Assembly (NCBI GenBank): GCA_944320495.1
Contig: CALUHR010000001.1
Location: 1 to 64,000 of the forward strand
Length of the DNA stretch: 64,000 nucleotides
DNA from: Candidatus Methanomethylophilaceae archaeon
GTDB taxonomy: Archaea > Thermoplasmatota > Thermoplasmata > Methanomassiliicoccales > Methanomethylophilaceae
Direction of reading: 5' to 3'
The position numbers were made by a program, and so were the translations under genes. Below are positions 62,707 to 64,000 of the stretch, piece by piece (within the stretch, counting starts at the first letter, position 1; every line of letters begins with the position of its first letter). Below the pieces are notes generated by a model, which searched no databases, was not told the DNA's origin, and worked only from the letters and a program-made list of their open reading frames with translations.

Positions 62707-63299
62707 GATGATGCCTCTCTGCGGTCCATCTCGTTGTGCACGACCACTATGCAGTGGTTGGCGTGCAGGCTCTTGGGACCCAGGTTGATCCTGTCAGGAT
62801 CGTGTGATTCGAAAATGCGCTCCTCTTCCTCGGTGGGGTCCCTGTCGTCGCCCATGACGAACACTGGGTTCTCGGGGAACTCGTATCCCCTGCAGTCGGT
62901 CCCGTCCTCCCTGAGGTAGATTAGCTTGCTGTCGCGGGTCAGCTCTTCGAGGACCTGCTCCAGGGACCTGCGCACGACGCTGACGCCGGGCGAGGCCAGG
63001 ACCTCGCGGTCCTCGAGAGGCTTCATGAGGGCGTTGCGGATCAGCGATGCGGTGCTCCTCTCGTCCGGGTTGAGGTATCTGACGGTCTCCCCTCTGAATA
63101 TGACCGTCTTGGGGGCATCGTCGCCCCCTTCCAGGACCAGGTAGACCTCCACATCCCTGCGGATGCCGTGACTCAGGAACAGGGATGCGTTGACGCATCT
63201 CACCAGGATGTCGAGCCTACCGGCCCCTCCCGCTATGTCGTCCAGCTTGAAGTCCCCGGTTGTGGAGGCACGATGGCCGATGACGACGAATCTCTTCAT
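62703..63299 (-). CDS. trmY: tRNA (pseudouridine-54-N1)-methyltransferase
   Basis: GAGRLDILVRC, LSHGIRRDV, LNPDERS and SLHANHCI motifs. Confidence 0.92.
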   Translation of the reverse strand: MKRFVVIGHRASTTGDFKLDDIAGGAGRLDILVRCVNASLFLSHGIRRDVEVYLVLEGGDDAPKTVIFRGETVRYLNPDERSTASLIRNALMKPLEDREVLASPGVSVVRRSLEQVLEELTRDSKLIYLREDGTDCRGYEFPENPVFVMGDDRDPTEEEERIFESHDPDRINLGPKSLHANHCIVVVHNEMDRREASS

Positions 63300-63303
63300 C
63301 GGA

Positions 63304-63999
63304 TCACTGGAGGTCCTTGATGCTGTCGAGATCGATTCCGCCCATCTGCTTCATCATCATCTTGCGCATCTTGCGGTCCTTGCCGAACCTCTCCATCGTG
63401 TTCTTGGTGGTGTTGTATTGCTTGAGAAGCTCGCGCACGTCGTGGACGGAGACGCCTGCGCCGGCGGCGATCCTCTCCACGCGCTTCGATTTGATGATCT
63501 CGGGGTTCTCCTTTTCCTGGGGGGTCATGGAGTCCATGATCACGCGGAAGACCTCGAGCTTCTTCTGGGAGGCCTCGTAGTCGATCTTGTCCTCGTATCC
63601 GCTCATCCCTGGGAGCATGCTCATGAGCTTCTGGAGGGTCCCCATCTTGCCGACGGCCTTCATCTGATAGTACATGTCGTTCAGATTGAACTTGCCCTTG
63701 GCGAGGCTCTTGGAGATCTGCTCGATCATCTCGTCGTCGCCCATCTCCTCGGTGGCGGTAGCGATGAGCGTGCCTATGTCGCCCATGCCGAGCAGGCGGC
63801 CGATGAACTTCTTGGCGTCGAAGGGCTCGAGGTCGCGTATGTGTTCCCCCACTCCGAGGAACACGATCCTCGCCTTGGTCTTGGACATGGCGGAGATGGC
63901 GCCACCTCCCTTGGCGGTTCCGTCCATCTTCGTCAGGATGACCCCCGTGACGCCGACGGCGTTGTGGAAGGCCTCAGCCTGGGGTCCGGCCTGCTGACC
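63304..63999 (-). CDS. srp54: Signal recognition particle protein SRP54, C-terminal part; runs off the window edge
   Basis: TKMDGTAKGGGA, FLGVGE, GRLLGMGD and the Met-rich M domain. Confidence 0.96.
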   Translation of the reverse strand, partial: GQQAGPQAEAFHNAVGVTGVILTKMDGTAKGGGAISAMSKTKARIVFLGVGEHIRDLEPFDAKKFIGRLLGMGDIGTLIATATEEMGDDEMIEQISKSLAKGKFNLNDMYYQMKAVGKMGTLQKLMSMLPGMSGYEDKIDYEASQKKLEVFRVIMDSMTPQEKENPEIIKSKRVERIAAGAGVSVHDVRELLKQYNTTKNTMERFGKDRKMRKMMMKQMGGIDLDSIKDLQ

Positions 64000-64000
64000 C

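Overview
A gene-dense, GC-rich archaeal chromosomal segment with about 60 genes and no rRNA, tRNA or CRISPR array that I can see. The gene content (aPelota, aCPSF1 next to proteasome beta, TrmY, SRP54, class I HMG-CoA reductase, CoaD-YjjX fusion) suggests a Thermoplasmatota methanogen such as Methanomassiliicoccales; this is an inference. It carries housekeeping genes (gdhA, carAB, class II RNR, pncB, pheT, apgM, paaK paralogs), transporters, redox and stress genes, a Tad/type IV pilus-like locus, an EtfAB plus FAD oxidoreductase operon, and a decayed rolling-circle Rep plus MntA/HepT module at the left edge. The main finding is that CGA appears to act as a stop codon. By my count 17 of 60 genes have their first in-frame CGA at the expected C-terminus, and the other 43 end in TGA; none ends in TAA or TAG. 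I found no internal in-frame CGA in about 5,000 codons of gene bodies that I checked by eye, whereas CGG occurs as an ordinary rare Arg codon. Reading CGA as stop removes three apparent gene fusions and several long antisense overlaps, and gives ordinary abutting or short-overlap gene junctions. Feature coordinates below use that reading where stated.
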